From assembly GCA_037446635.1 (NCBI GenBank), contig JBBIIG010000031.1, positions 1 through 50,267 of the forward strand: a stretch of 50,267 nucleotides of DNA, read 5' to 3'. This document shows positions 1-9,269 of the stretch, one piece after another. Numbering within the stretch: position 1 is the first letter of the stretch; each line of letters starts with the position of its first letter. This stretch comes from a bacterium (GTDB lineage Bacteria > Zhuqueibacterota > Zhuqueibacteria > Oceanimicrobiales > Oceanimicrobiaceae). The notes under the pieces are model-generated. The model saw only the letters and a list, made by a program, of their open reading frames with translations. It was not told where the DNA came from and made no database searches. The translations under genes were made by a program, and so were the position numbers.

Positions 1-373
<373 letters not shown>

Positions 374-458
374 ATAATTTTTTGGTGAGCAGCAGGTGAT
401 TCAGGCTTCGAATAAAAAGGAATTTCGATTCTCGTTCATTTCTCAAATTGAAAATATA

Positions 459-578
<120 letters not shown>

Positions 579-585
579 TTAAATT

Positions 586-622
586 AAAAAAGGGAAAAGC
601 ACCGCTTTTCCCTTTTCTTTTT
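586..622 (+). terminator. rRNA operon intrinsic terminator
   Basis: AAAAGGGAAAAGC-ACC-GCTTTTCCCTTTT stem followed by a T-rich tract directly after 5S. Confidence 0.85.
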
Positions 623-640
623 GGATCGAACTCTAAACTC

Positions 641-675
641 AAAAAAAGGTGGAATAGTTTCCCTACCATTCCACT
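641..675 (-). terminator. Intrinsic terminator of the small zinc-ribbon gene
   Basis: Minus strand reads GTGGAATGG-TAGGGAAA-CTATTCCAC then C and T7, about 20 nt after the stop at 697. Confidence 0.75.
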
Positions 676-696
676 CTTGTCTCATCAGAAACTGTG

Positions 697-846
697 TTAC
701 TTCGCCGATAAAATTTTGTACATTCCCGTGCCGCATTTAGCACACTGTCCCTTGATTGCCGGCCGCCCATTTTTCATAGTTACCTTCTGTGCGTTCGCCA
801 TTTCTGATTTGGTTCGACACTTTACGCAATATGCCATCTCAGCCAA
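697..846 (-). CDS. 49-aa basic zinc-ribbon protein (DUF5679-like); not in the ORF track
   Basis: Hand translation MAEMAYCVKCRTKSEMANAQKVTMKNGRPAIKGQCAKCGTGMYKILSAK with two CxxC pairs and MKNGRPA; perfect SD AAGGAGGTGA 5 nt before the TTG (alternative ATG at 837); own terminator. Confidence 0.88.
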   Translation of the reverse strand: MAEMAYCVKCRTKSEMANAQKVTMKNGRPAIKGQCAKCGTGMYKILSAK

Positions 847-951
847 TCCAATCACCTCCTTCCAGATGCCCTGTTAAATTTTGACGTAATTTCATACTTT
901 TTCTCACCAATGTCAAGGGAAAAATCAAAAACACTGAAAAGCAAAAATGCG

Positions 952-980
952 TTGCAACATTAAGTGAAATTCTCTATATT
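952..980 (+). promoter_or_regulatory. sigma70-type promoter of the TPR gene
   Basis: TTGCAA-N17-TATATT. Confidence 0.5.
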
Positions 981-1108
981 CTCGTCCCTTTTTAAAAGTT
1001 AAACTTTTTCTCTTACGTTGCCGCCTGGGGAAGGAATAACCCCCGCGCTGGTGCGTATTTAAAACAGTTCAAAAATTTTCATTTTTAAAAATTTGACAGG
1101 TTCAGATT

Positions 1109-2317
1109 ATGAAAGCGTTGAGTTCAGTCTTATTGATCTTCGTGATCGCGGTTTTGAGTTTCTCGGCTTTTCAAAGTGGCTGTGCGACTACGAGCCCGGG
1201 CCGCACCTTTGAACAACGAACCCTCGGCCTCTATCTGTCTGGCACGGAGCTGTACGAAAAAGGCAGCTATATCCAGGCGCTCTATTTGTTGCGGCAGGCG
1301 GTGGATTTTAACCCTAAATTTGCGGAAGCCTACTACGTTCTCGGCCTGACTTATATCAAAACGAAAGATTTTGAAGAAGCCATCAAAATGCTGAACAAGG
1401 CCAAAGAACTGAAGCCGATCACCGAAAAGCCCGGCTACGATGAAGCCGAGATTCACTTCAATCTCGGTCTGGCTTATCTCGGCAAAGAAGATTATAACAC
1501 GGCCTCTGAGCATTTCATCGAAGCCACAACGCTGCGTGAAAATTACGCCGAGGCCCACTACAATTTAGCTTCCGTTTCCGAAAAGCTCGCCAATCCCCAA
1601 GATGCAGAAAAGCATCTCCGCAATGCCATCAAAGCCGATCCTAAAATGGACAAAGCCTACGTGGCGTTGGGTGTGCTTTTTAAAAATCAGGGGATGATCG
1701 ATTCCGCGCAAGTGCAATTTGAAAACGCCATCGAAATCGATAAAGAAAACAAAGCAGCTTACAATGAGTTGGGTAAGATCTTCTACGAGCAAAAAAAATA
1801 TGAGCAGGCGGCGCGCTACTTCCGCCGCGCCATCCAAATCGACGCCAACTACGTGGACGCCCATCTGAATCTCGGGTTCGTATTTATCGCAACCAATGCC
1901 TTGGAGCAGGCGCGTTCCGCTTTTGAGAATGTCGTTTCCATCGATTCAACTTTGCCGGAAGGGTACGTGAATGTTGCGCAGACGTACTTTATGCTGGGGG
2001 ATACTTCCGCGGCGCTGAGGAGTTATCAAAAAGCGCTAAAGCTCGATCCTCACCGCAAGTTAGTGAATTTTCAAATTGGCCAGATTTTCGACCAACGGGG
2101 GAAGGTGAACGATGCCATTGCGGCGTATCGCCGAGAAATTGCCGTCAATCCGGATCACGCGCCCAGCCACTATAATCTCGCCGTGCTGCTGCACCAATCT
2201 CAACAAATCGAAGAAGCGCTGGTGGAATACCAAAAGTATCTGGAATTGACGCCGCAAGATGACGCCCGCGCCGCCAAAGTTCGAGCCGTCCTGCGGCAAT
2301 TGGGAAAGCTGAACTGA
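1109..2317 (+). CDS. Tetratricopeptide-repeat protein, probable lipoprotein
   Basis: Hydrophobic N-terminal signal ending QSGC; about 10 tandem TPR-like units (AEAYYVLG, AEAHYNLA, DAHLNLG, PSHYNLA). Confidence 0.9.
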   Translation: MKALSSVLLIFVIAVLSFSAFQSGCATTSPGRTFEQRTLGLYLSGTELYEKGSYIQALYLLRQAVDFNPKFAEAYYVLGLTYIKTKDFEEAIKMLNKAKELKPITEKPGYDEAEIHFNLGLAYLGKEDYNTASEHFIEATTLRENYAEAHYNLASVSEKLANPQDAEKHLRNAIKADPKMDKAYVALGVLFKNQGMIDSAQVQFENAIEIDKENKAAYNELGKIFYEQKKYEQAARYFRRAIQIDANYVDAHLNLGFVFIATNALEQARSAFENVVSIDSTLPEGYVNVAQTYFMLGDTSAALRSYQKALKLDPHRKLVNFQIGQIFDQRGKVNDAIAAYRREIAVNPDHAPSHYNLAVLLHQSQQIEEALVEYQKYLELTPQDDARAAKVRAVLRQLGKLN

Positions 2318-2352
2318 TCGAAAAAATCATCAGTTAGCGTCAAGGGAAAAAT

Positions 2353-2386
2353 AAAAAAGGGTACCTGCGAAATGAGTACCCTTTTT
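2353..2386. terminator. Bidirectional intrinsic terminator between convergent genes
   Basis: AAAAAAGGGTAC-N11-GTACCCTTTTT. Confidence 0.75.
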
Positions 2387-2407
2387 CGTTTTTGATAGAT
2401 GAGATTG

Positions 2408-2941
2408 CTATCCGCCACCTGCCGGGCAATTGCCGCCGGCGCCGATGCCAATTCTGCCGCTGCGAATCCCCGTCTCGATGGCGTTTCTCAAACCCTCGGC
2501 CAGCGCGCGCGTATCCGGCGCCGTTCCCTCGATTGGCAAAAATACTCCCGCTGAATCAGAAATTGCCTGGTGGGCAACAAAATTGAAGGACTCCCGCAGC
2601 GCGCTCAATGAACTAAACGATGCCGTGAATAGTTCGTGTTTGGACTGAGGCGCGCCGCCGTCCAACGAAAATTTGCCGCTGTTCTCCGAATCGCTCTCGC
2701 CGCCGGCGGCTTCAGTGAGGGAGCTGTAATCGACGGCTGTTGGCTGAAGAGGCTCGCTCTCCGCCACTACCTCCAACTCCACTTTGAGCTCGTCGAGGGG
2801 ACGACCGCTTAACTGCGGATAGCTTGAAAACAACACCCCACCAATCAATATCCCAATGTGGAAAAAAACCGAGACCATCACGGCCTCGCGCATGGTTATA
2901 TCCGGTAGGAAATTTGATGAATTCTTTTTCGATAACCGCAT
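2408..2941 (-). CDS. Hypothetical single-pass membrane protein (TonB-like N-terminal anchor, Gly-rich C-terminus)
   Basis: SD GAGGAG before ATG at 2941; TM segment containing SVFFH; C-terminus GIGAGGNCPAGGG. Confidence 0.65.
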   Translation of the reverse strand: MRLSKKNSSNFLPDITMREAVMVSVFFHIGILIGGVLFSSYPQLSGRPLDELKVELEVVAESEPLQPTAVDYSSLTEAAGGESDSENSGKFSLDGGAPQSKHELFTASFSSLSALRESFNFVAHQAISDSAGVFLPIEGTAPDTRALAEGLRNAIETGIRSGRIGIGAGGNCPAGGG

Positions 2942-3030
2942 GGCGCAACTCCTCGCTTGGCTGGATTTTTTGAGTTTCGTCTCAATGTAGGTACAGAACA
3001 AATCGCGCCGCTATTCCAAAAATTTTTATC

Positions 3031-6000
3031 TCAGAACAGGCTCAATTGCGGATTCGGCTCCGGCGCTGCGAGAGCCGTTTTGGGCGCCAGCCGCGTTTCC
3101 GCAAACTCCTTCAAACGATTTTCGATATCGTTCAAAAACCGTGACGGCGCGTTCTGCATCTTTTCTCCGAACAGGAAGCGCGAGCCAGCGTGCACCAGAA
3201 TCAACTTCTCTTTGGCGCGCGTCATGCCGACGTACAGCAGCCGCCGCTCTTCCTCCAACTCCGCTGGCGCCGCCGTTTTGAGGTAGGGAAAAAGATTTTC
3301 TTCGCAACCCACAATGAAAACCACTGGAAACTCCAAACCTTTGGCCGCGTGCAGAGTCATGAGCGCGACGCGGTCGCTGCGTGGATCGTATTCGTCGTTG
3401 GCTGCGCTCAGAGCTGCCATCTGCAAAAATTCGTCAACTCGGTCTCCGAAGGGCCGCGCTTGCAAAATCAGCCGCTCAAACCCCTCACGTTTTTTTTCAT
3501 TCATGTTCTCTTTATCAAAAAAGTTTGCGACCACAGTTTCAATTATTTTCGCAACGGTTTTCCCCGGCAGGCGTTCACGGCCGGCCTTGATTTTTTCTAC
3601 AAATTTGGCCGCCGCGTTTTTTTGCAGAGAAGCATTTGTTAGCGCGCTCCAAAGGCTCACCTGTTTTTCACGAGCCGACTCGATAATTTGCTGCGCGGTG
3701 GTCTCGCCAATCCCGAGGTTCTTGTCGAACAACAACTCCTCCAGATGAAGATCGGATTGCGGGTTGTGAAAAAATTTTAAAAGCGTGATAGCCGATTTGA
3801 TTTCCTCGCGCGCATAAAAAGGCGTTTCGCCGATGATCTGAAACGGGATGCCGGAGCGGCTGAAGGCCTCCTCCAGCAAGCGGCTCTGCGAGTGCAAGCG
3901 ATATAAAACCGCAAAATCGGCGAAGGACTTCACGCTGACGGCTGGTTCATGTTCGACCACCCGCCCCGAGTCCAACGAGAAATAACTGGTGCCGCCCACC
4001 ATCTTTTCGATTTCGTGGACGACGTATTCGGCCTCGGCTTTGTCGGTGGGCGCGCGATAAATTTGCACTTTGCCCTCGCGCAGGATGTCTGAAACCAGGC
4101 CTTTGGTTTGCGCCTCCGTTCCGGCGGCGATCATTTGCGCCGCGGCCTCCAGGATGAATTGCGGCGAGCGGTAGCTTTTGTCGAGATGGACAATCTCCGC
4201 CGCCGGGAAATCTTCGCGGAAGCGCAGAAAGAATTCCCGCCGCGCGCCGCGAAATCCGTAAATCGCCTGATCCGGATCGCCGATCACGCACAGGCGATTT
4301 TGCGACGCCGCCAACTGGCGCAGCAGACGATACTGCGCGAAGTTGACGTCCTGGTATTCATCGACGAACAGCCATTGAAAGCGCTGCTGGTATTTTGCAG
4401 CGACCTCCGGAAACTGCTCGAACATTTGCGCCGGCAGAAAAATCAAATCATCAAAATCGACACAGTGATTTTTGATTAGTTCGAATTGGTAAGCCGCGTA
4501 CAACTCTGCAAATTGCGGAACTTCTTTGAAGTCCTCGTGAGAGGAAGACGCCGGCGGAGCGAGCAGCAAATTTTTGGCGTGTGAAATGAGCGACAAAACG
4601 CGCACGCTTTCTTTTTCGTTAATCGTTTTAAAAAAACGCGCCCGCTCGCTTTCCCCCAAAATCGTGAAACCTGCGCGGTAGCCGAGGCGGCTTCCCTCTT
4701 CTTTCAAAATCAGCGCGCCCAGCGCATGAAATGTTTTGACGGCTATTTGTTCGGTGACTCGCGGTCCGGCCCACGCCCGCAGCCGCTGCCGCATTTCTTC
4801 TGCGGCTTTGTTGGTAAAGGTGATCGCCAAAATATTTTCGGGCACAGCACGGTTTTGCTCGATGAGATAGGCGATGCGCCGGGTGAGGGTGGCGGTTTTG
4901 CCGGCGCCCGGGCCAGCGACGATCATTAGTGCGGGGCTGTTTGAGAGCACGGCCTGACGCTGTCGGGCATTTAGATCTTTCAGCAGAGGATGGTCGTCCG
5001 TTTTTGGAGCTTCGTCTTTTGGCGACGCTTTGTGCGGTCTGTCCTCGTCCGCGGCGGCAGTTTGAGGCGGCGAATAACTTGCAATTTGGTCGTTGATTTT
5101 CAGTTCGCCTGCCTGTTCAGACAGGTTCGCGGAAGGTTCAAGCTCGATTTTGTTGGGATCAAAGAAGCCGAGCTGGGTGGAGAATTGCTCGCGCTCATTT
5201 TCGGAAAAGAGCCGGATGGTGCCGTATTCGCCGTCGTAGCCGGCGGCAATCTCGATTTCGCCGCTGCGCATGCGGCGGATGCCCTCCGCCAGCAGCGCCC
5301 CGCCGTTTCGGGCAATTTCTTCCAACGGGAGGTTTATGAGAATGTCCAGCTCCGGTCCCAATTTCGAAAGCAGCGTCTCGTAAGTTTCGATCACGCGTTT
5401 GGTGGCCACGCCGGTGTTATACATTTCCGCCAAAATTTCTGGAAGAGAGATGAGGCTTTTATAGGGATGGCGATTGTTTGGCCGAAAATCATTGGGCCGA
5501 TCGGCTAATTTTTCCACGCGGTGCATGACGCCCACGGTCACCGGCTTGCCGCAGACGACGCACACGTTGTTATTGCGAATGGTTTCCGCGGGATGCCAGC
5601 GTACGCTGCATTTGCGGTGGCCGTCGTAGTGATACTTGCCTTCTTCCGGGAAAAATTCGATGGTGCCGCCGAACGCAACCGGGTCGCTATTTTTTAAAGC
5701 TTGGAAGATAGCGGGATACGACAGTTCGGTGTTGAAAATATTGGCCTCGCGGCCGAGCTTCTGCGGCGAGTGGGCGTCGGAGTTGGAGACCAGGGTGTAG
5801 CGATCCAGCACCGACAGCCGCCAGTTCATCGGCGGGTCCGAGGAGAGCCCGGTTTCGAGGGCGAAAATGTGCGAAGTCAAATCGTCGAAGCATTCTTCAA
5901 CGGAATCGAATCCGGACATCGATCCCAGCAGCGCGAACCAGGGCGTCCAGATGTGCGCCGGAATCAAATAGCCCTGCGGGTCGGTTTCGAGAATGATCTC

Positions 6001-6444
6001 CAACAAATCCCGCGAGTCCAGCCCGAGAATGGGCCGGCCGTCGGAGCGGATGTTGCCGATTTTTTCCAGCCGCGCCTGAAATTTCTCCACCGCGTCGAAC
6101 GAAGGGAAGAAAACCACGTGGTGAATTTTACGGACTTTATCGCGCTTCTTGTAAATGTTGCTGACCTCGCCGGCGAGCATAAATCGCACGCTGCCCTGGC
6201 AGGTTTTGAAAACCTCGGGACGAATGTCGTTTTCGTATTCTTCTTTTAAACAAAACAGCCCTTCTTCGGCGGGCGCGAGTTTGGTTTTCATCTCCGCCAG
6301 CCAACCGGGGTGGGCGATATCGCCGCTGCCGACCACCTGCACTCCCTTGAGCTGCGCGAACTTGCTGAGATATTCGAGGTTGAGATTTTTGCTGGTGGCG
6401 CGGGAGTAGTGCGAGTGCAGATGAACGTCGGCTATGAATTTCAT
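3031..6444 (-). CDS. Endonuclease Q-like PHP domain fused to a UvrD/PcrA-type SF1 helicase
   Basis: N-terminal DVHLHSHYSRATS, PAHIWTPW, SNSDAHS, GKYHYDGHRKC...CVVCG; C-terminal AGPGAGKT, VDEYQD, GDPDQAIYGFRGA, TLHAAKGLEF, EERRLLYVGMTRAK. Start taken at MKFIAD. Confidence 0.93.
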   Translation of the reverse strand: MKFIADVHLHSHYSRATSKNLNLEYLSKFAQLKGVQVVGSGDIAHPGWLAEMKTKLAPAEEGLFCLKEEYENDIRPEVFKTCQGSVRFMLAGEVSNIYKKRDKVRKIHHVVFFPSFDAVEKFQARLEKIGNIRSDGRPILGLDSRDLLEIILETDPQGYLIPAHIWTPWFALLGSMSGFDSVEECFDDLTSHIFALETGLSSDPPMNWRLSVLDRYTLVSNSDAHSPQKLGREANIFNTELSYPAIFQALKNSDPVAFGGTIEFFPEEGKYHYDGHRKCSVRWHPAETIRNNNVCVVCGKPVTVGVMHRVEKLADRPNDFRPNNRHPYKSLISLPEILAEMYNTGVATKRVIETYETLLSKLGPELDILINLPLEEIARNGGALLAEGIRRMRSGEIEIAAGYDGEYGTIRLFSENEREQFSTQLGFFDPNKIELEPSANLSEQAGELKINDQIASYSPPQTAAADEDRPHKASPKDEAPKTDDHPLLKDLNARQRQAVLSNSPALMIVAGPGAGKTATLTRRIAYLIEQNRAVPENILAITFTNKAAEEMRQRLRAWAGPRVTEQIAVKTFHALGALILKEEGSRLGYRAGFTILGESERARFFKTINEKESVRVLSLISHAKNLLLAPPASSSHEDFKEVPQFAELYAAYQFELIKNHCVDFDDLIFLPAQMFEQFPEVAAKYQQRFQWLFVDEYQDVNFAQYRLLRQLAASQNRLCVIGDPDQAIYGFRGARREFFLRFREDFPAAEIVHLDKSYRSPQFILEAAAQMIAAGTEAQTKGLVSDILREGKVQIYRAPTDKAEAEYVVHEIEKMVGGTSYFSLDSGRVVEHEPAVSVKSFADFAVLYRLHSQSRLLEEAFSRSGIPFQIIGETPFYAREEIKSAITLLKFFHNPQSDLHLEELLFDKNLGIGETTAQQIIESAREKQVSLWSALTNASLQKNAAAKFVEKIKAGRERLPGKTVAKIIETVVANFFDKENMNEKKREGFERLILQARPFGDRVDEFLQMAALSAANDEYDPRSDRVALMTLHAAKGLEFPVVFIVGCEENLFPYLKTAAPAELEEERRLLYVGMTRAKEKLILVHAGSRFLFGEKMQNAPSRFLNDIENRLKEFAETRLAPKTALAAPEPNPQLSLF

Positions 6445-6464
6445 AATTGTTGAAATCATTTTTT

Positions 6465-6536
6465 AACCGCAAAGAAGGCAAAGTTGGCGCAAAGACCGCT
6501 AAAATTCTTTGCGTTTTCTTAGCGTCCTTCGCGGTT
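6465..6536. repeat. Inverted-arm repeat (AACCGCAAAG family), empty copy
   Basis: AACCGCAAAGAAGGCAAAGTTGGCGCAAAGACCGCT...CTTAGCGTCCTTCGCGGTT; near-identical arms at 22317 and 46190. Confidence 0.8.
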
Positions 6537-6558
6537 GATTGGCTGTGAGGCGGCGTTT

Positions 6559-7830
6559 TCAGCGGCCGTCTTCCGCCAGCCGAAAGCCTTTGAACTGCCA
6601 GCGTTTGTCCGGCTGGAAAAAATTGCGGTACGTGATGCGAATGTGATCCTGCGGCGTGGCGCACGAGCCGCCGCGCAGCACCATTTGATTGATCATAAAT
6701 TTGCCGTTGTATTCGCCCAGCGGCCCTTCGCTGCGGCGGTAGCCGGGGTAAGGCAAGTAGGCGCTGCCGGTCCACTCCCAAACGTCGCCCAACATTTGTT
6801 GCAGGGAGCCGTTGGCGGATTGCAGCGGAACGGGGTGCAGGAAATTTGCGTCGAGGAAATTGCCGCCGTCCGGCTGCGCGCCGGAAAGCCGCGCCGCCGT
6901 TTCCCACTCGGCTTCGGTGGGCAGCCGCTTCTTCGCCCACTGGGCAAAGGCGTCGGCTTCGTAGTAGCTCACGTGGCACACCGGCTGGTTGGGGTTGAGC
7001 TTCTGCAATCCGTTCAAAGTAAATTCGTACCACTCGCCGTCGCGTTGTTCCCAATAGAGCGGCGCTTGCCAGTTTTGCGCCCGCACGGTCTCCCAACCGT
7101 CAGAAAGCCAGAAGCGGAAATCGCGGTAGCCGCCGTCTTCGATGAATTGCAAATATTCGCCGTTGGTGACCAACCGGTTCTGGAGTTTGAAATCGTGCAC
7201 GTACTGTTTGTGCACTGGCCCTTCGTTGTCGTAATAAAAGCCGTCGCCGGCGTAGCCGATGTCATACACGCCGCCGGTGAATTCGAGAAATTTCGCCGGG
7301 GGAAGTTTCTTCTCAGCCGCGATTTCTTGAGGCCGTCCCTTTAGATAAGCCGGCCGCAATGGATTTTTCGCCAAAATATATTTGATGTCCGTGACCATCA
7401 ACTCCTGATGCTGCTGTTCGTGGTTGAGCGCCAGCACCACGGTTGCGCTGAATTGCGGCCAGAGCTTCTCATCGATGGTTTCGATGAGGTCGCACATCCG
7501 TTGCGTGATGTATTTGCGGTATTTCATCACCTCGGCCACCGTGGGGCGGGAAAGGCTGCCGCGGCTGGGGCGCTCCACCCGCTCTCCAAACGATTCATAA
7601 TAGGAGTTGAAAACAAAAGCGTAGCCGGGATGAAAGGGCTGGTAATCGCGCACGTACTTGTTCAAAAACATGGCTTCGAAAAACCAACTGATGTGCCCGA
7701 GGTGCCACTTGGGGGGGCTGACATCAGTGATGGGCTGCGGAACGTAATCTTCGATTTCGAGCGGCTGACAGATATCTTCGCTGGTTTGACGCACCCGCAA
7801 AAAGTATTTGATTAAATCGGCTCGCTGCAT
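6559..7830 (-). CDS. egtB: Ergothioneine biosynthesis sulfoxide synthase EgtB
   Basis: SPPKWHLGH and HEQQHQEL (three-His iron site), FNSYY, C-terminal FGE-sulfatase-like domain (RLPTEAEWE, GDVWEWT, YNGKFM, YRNFF, GFRLA); SD GGAGA before ATG at 7830. Confidence 0.93.
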   Translation of the reverse strand: MQRADLIKYFLRVRQTSEDICQPLEIEDYVPQPITDVSPPKWHLGHISWFFEAMFLNKYVRDYQPFHPGYAFVFNSYYESFGERVERPSRGSLSRPTVAEVMKYRKYITQRMCDLIETIDEKLWPQFSATVVLALNHEQQHQELMVTDIKYILAKNPLRPAYLKGRPQEIAAEKKLPPAKFLEFTGGVYDIGYAGDGFYYDNEGPVHKQYVHDFKLQNRLVTNGEYLQFIEDGGYRDFRFWLSDGWETVRAQNWQAPLYWEQRDGEWYEFTLNGLQKLNPNQPVCHVSYYEADAFAQWAKKRLPTEAEWETAARLSGAQPDGGNFLDANFLHPVPLQSANGSLQQMLGDVWEWTGSAYLPYPGYRRSEGPLGEYNGKFMINQMVLRGGSCATPQDHIRITYRNFFQPDKRWQFKGFRLAEDGR

Positions 7831-7867
7831 GATGGTCTCCGGTTTTTTGATTAGAAATAACTTTGTG

Positions 7868-7896
7868 AATATGTAAATTATTTCGCGGTTTGTCAA
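7868..7896 (-). promoter_or_regulatory. sigma70-type promoter of egtB
   Basis: TTGACA-N17-CATATT; the ORF-track TTG start at 7896 falls on this -35 box. Confidence 0.6.
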
Positions 7897-8076
7897 GTGG
7901 ATACTCGGGTATTGGTGAACTAAAGTAATTACTTGACTTGTTCAAAACGGATTGAGATATTTGACAAATGAAAGCGGTTTCTAACTTAACCAATTGGCAG
8001 CATCGTTGATGAATTGTCGGTTCCTCAGACTACCAGGATTTGATCATTTATTTACCAATCAGCTAAGGGAGGAAGA

Positions 8077-8859
8077 ATGAAACTCTACGACCTGTCCCAG
8101 CCCCTCAATCAGGAAGCGCCGTTCTGGCCGTACTATCCGCCGTTCGAAGTGAAGTATATCAAGCGCAAAGCCGAACACGGCGTCAACGCGCAGTACATCA
8201 TGACCTCCAACCACATGGGCACCCACCTCGACGCCCCGCGCCATTTTGTGACCCGCGGCATGACTATCGACGAAATTCCGCTGGAGTGGCTGTACGGCCC
8301 GGGCGTCATCGTCAACCTTTCCGATGAAATGGACGAGTTGGCGGTTTACACTCCAAAAATGATCGAAGATCGCGTGGAGGTGCGTGAAGGGGACATCGTT
8401 TTCTTGCACACCGGCTGGCACAAGTACGCGCAGTTTGGCTCTGAACCGGACGAGGAGAAATATATTCACTATCATCCCGGCGCACACCCAGCGATGGTGG
8501 ATTGGCTGCTCAAAAAGAAAATTCACATCTGGGGCGTGGACGAAGTCTCCACCGATCATCCGATGAATTTGCCCATCGGAAGATTTTTAGGGAAAGGCAT
8601 GCACGGCCACTGCGATCGCGTGCAGGCCAAGTGCGAGAAAAAATTTGGCAAAAAGAAAATGGAAGAGCTGTTCCCGGATTCGGCGTACCAACTCACCCAC
8701 AACGCCCTCTTCCCTTACAACTGCATGCACGTGGAAAACTTAGGCGGCGACATCGCGGCGCCGGAGCTGCAGAACCGCCGGCTGACCCTCGGGGTGTTTC
8801 CGTGGAAATTCCGCGGCGGCGAAGCGGCGTTCTGCCGCGCCGTGGCGTTTCTGGAATAA
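8077..8859 (+). CDS. Cyclase-family (kynurenine formamidase-like) metal-dependent hydrolase
   Basis: HMGTHLDAPRHF matches HxGTHxDxPxH; GDIVFLHTGW; HVENL; SD GGGAGG. Confidence 0.9.
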   Translation: MKLYDLSQPLNQEAPFWPYYPPFEVKYIKRKAEHGVNAQYIMTSNHMGTHLDAPRHFVTRGMTIDEIPLEWLYGPGVIVNLSDEMDELAVYTPKMIEDRVEVREGDIVFLHTGWHKYAQFGSEPDEEKYIHYHPGAHPAMVDWLLKKKIHIWGVDEVSTDHPMNLPIGRFLGKGMHGHCDRVQAKCEKKFGKKKMEELFPDSAYQLTHNALFPYNCMHVENLGGDIAAPELQNRRLTLGVFPWKFRGGEAAFCRAVAFLE

Positions 8860-8866
8860 GCGATTA

Positions 8867-8892
8867 GTCACAGAGGCGCGGAGGACACAGAG
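8867..8892. repeat. Left inverted arm flanking the GxxExxY gene
   Basis: GTCACAGAGGCGCGGAGGACACAGAG with 9-nt periodicity; ends immediately before the ATG and contains GGAGG. Confidence 0.8.
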
Positions 8893-9261
8893 ATGGAGTT
8901 GAATGAAATAAGTGAGAAAATCATCGGCTGTGCGATCGAAGTTCACCGACATTTGGGGCCGGGATTGTTAGAGTCGGTTTATGAAAATGCGATATGCGTT
9001 GAGTTCGAGCGAAAGGGACTCAAGTATGAGCGCCAAAAATTGCTTCCACTTAAGTATAAAGATCAAATAATTGGTGAATTTAGAATCGAGCTCGTTGTTG
9101 AAGGCACGGTAGTTGTTGAACTGAAAAGCGTTGAAAGATTTGATCCGGTTTTTGAAGCACAACTGTTGAGTTACATGAAATTGGGTGGCTACAAATTAGA
9201 GCTTTTGATCAATTTCAATACACGACTCCTAAAAGATGGCATTAAGCGCTTAATACTCTGA
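8893..9261 (+). CDS. GxxExxY family protein (PD-(D/E)XK nuclease-like)
   Basis: IIGCAIEVHRHLGPGLLESVYE, VVELKSV, EAQLLSYMK, LLINFN; visibly more AT-rich than its neighbours. Confidence 0.93.
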   Translation: MELNEISEKIIGCAIEVHRHLGPGLLESVYENAICVEFERKGLKYERQKLLPLKYKDQIIGEFRIELVVEGTVVVELKSVERFDPVFEAQLLSYMKLGGYKLELLINFNTRLLKDGIKRLIL

Positions 9262-9269
9262 GTTTTTTT

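Noticed and set aside
6137..7344. Long alternative ORFs 6137-7096 (-) and 6535-7344 (+)
   Set aside because: Off-frame or antisense shadows of egtB and the EndoQ-UvrD gene in GC-rich sequence; no motifs
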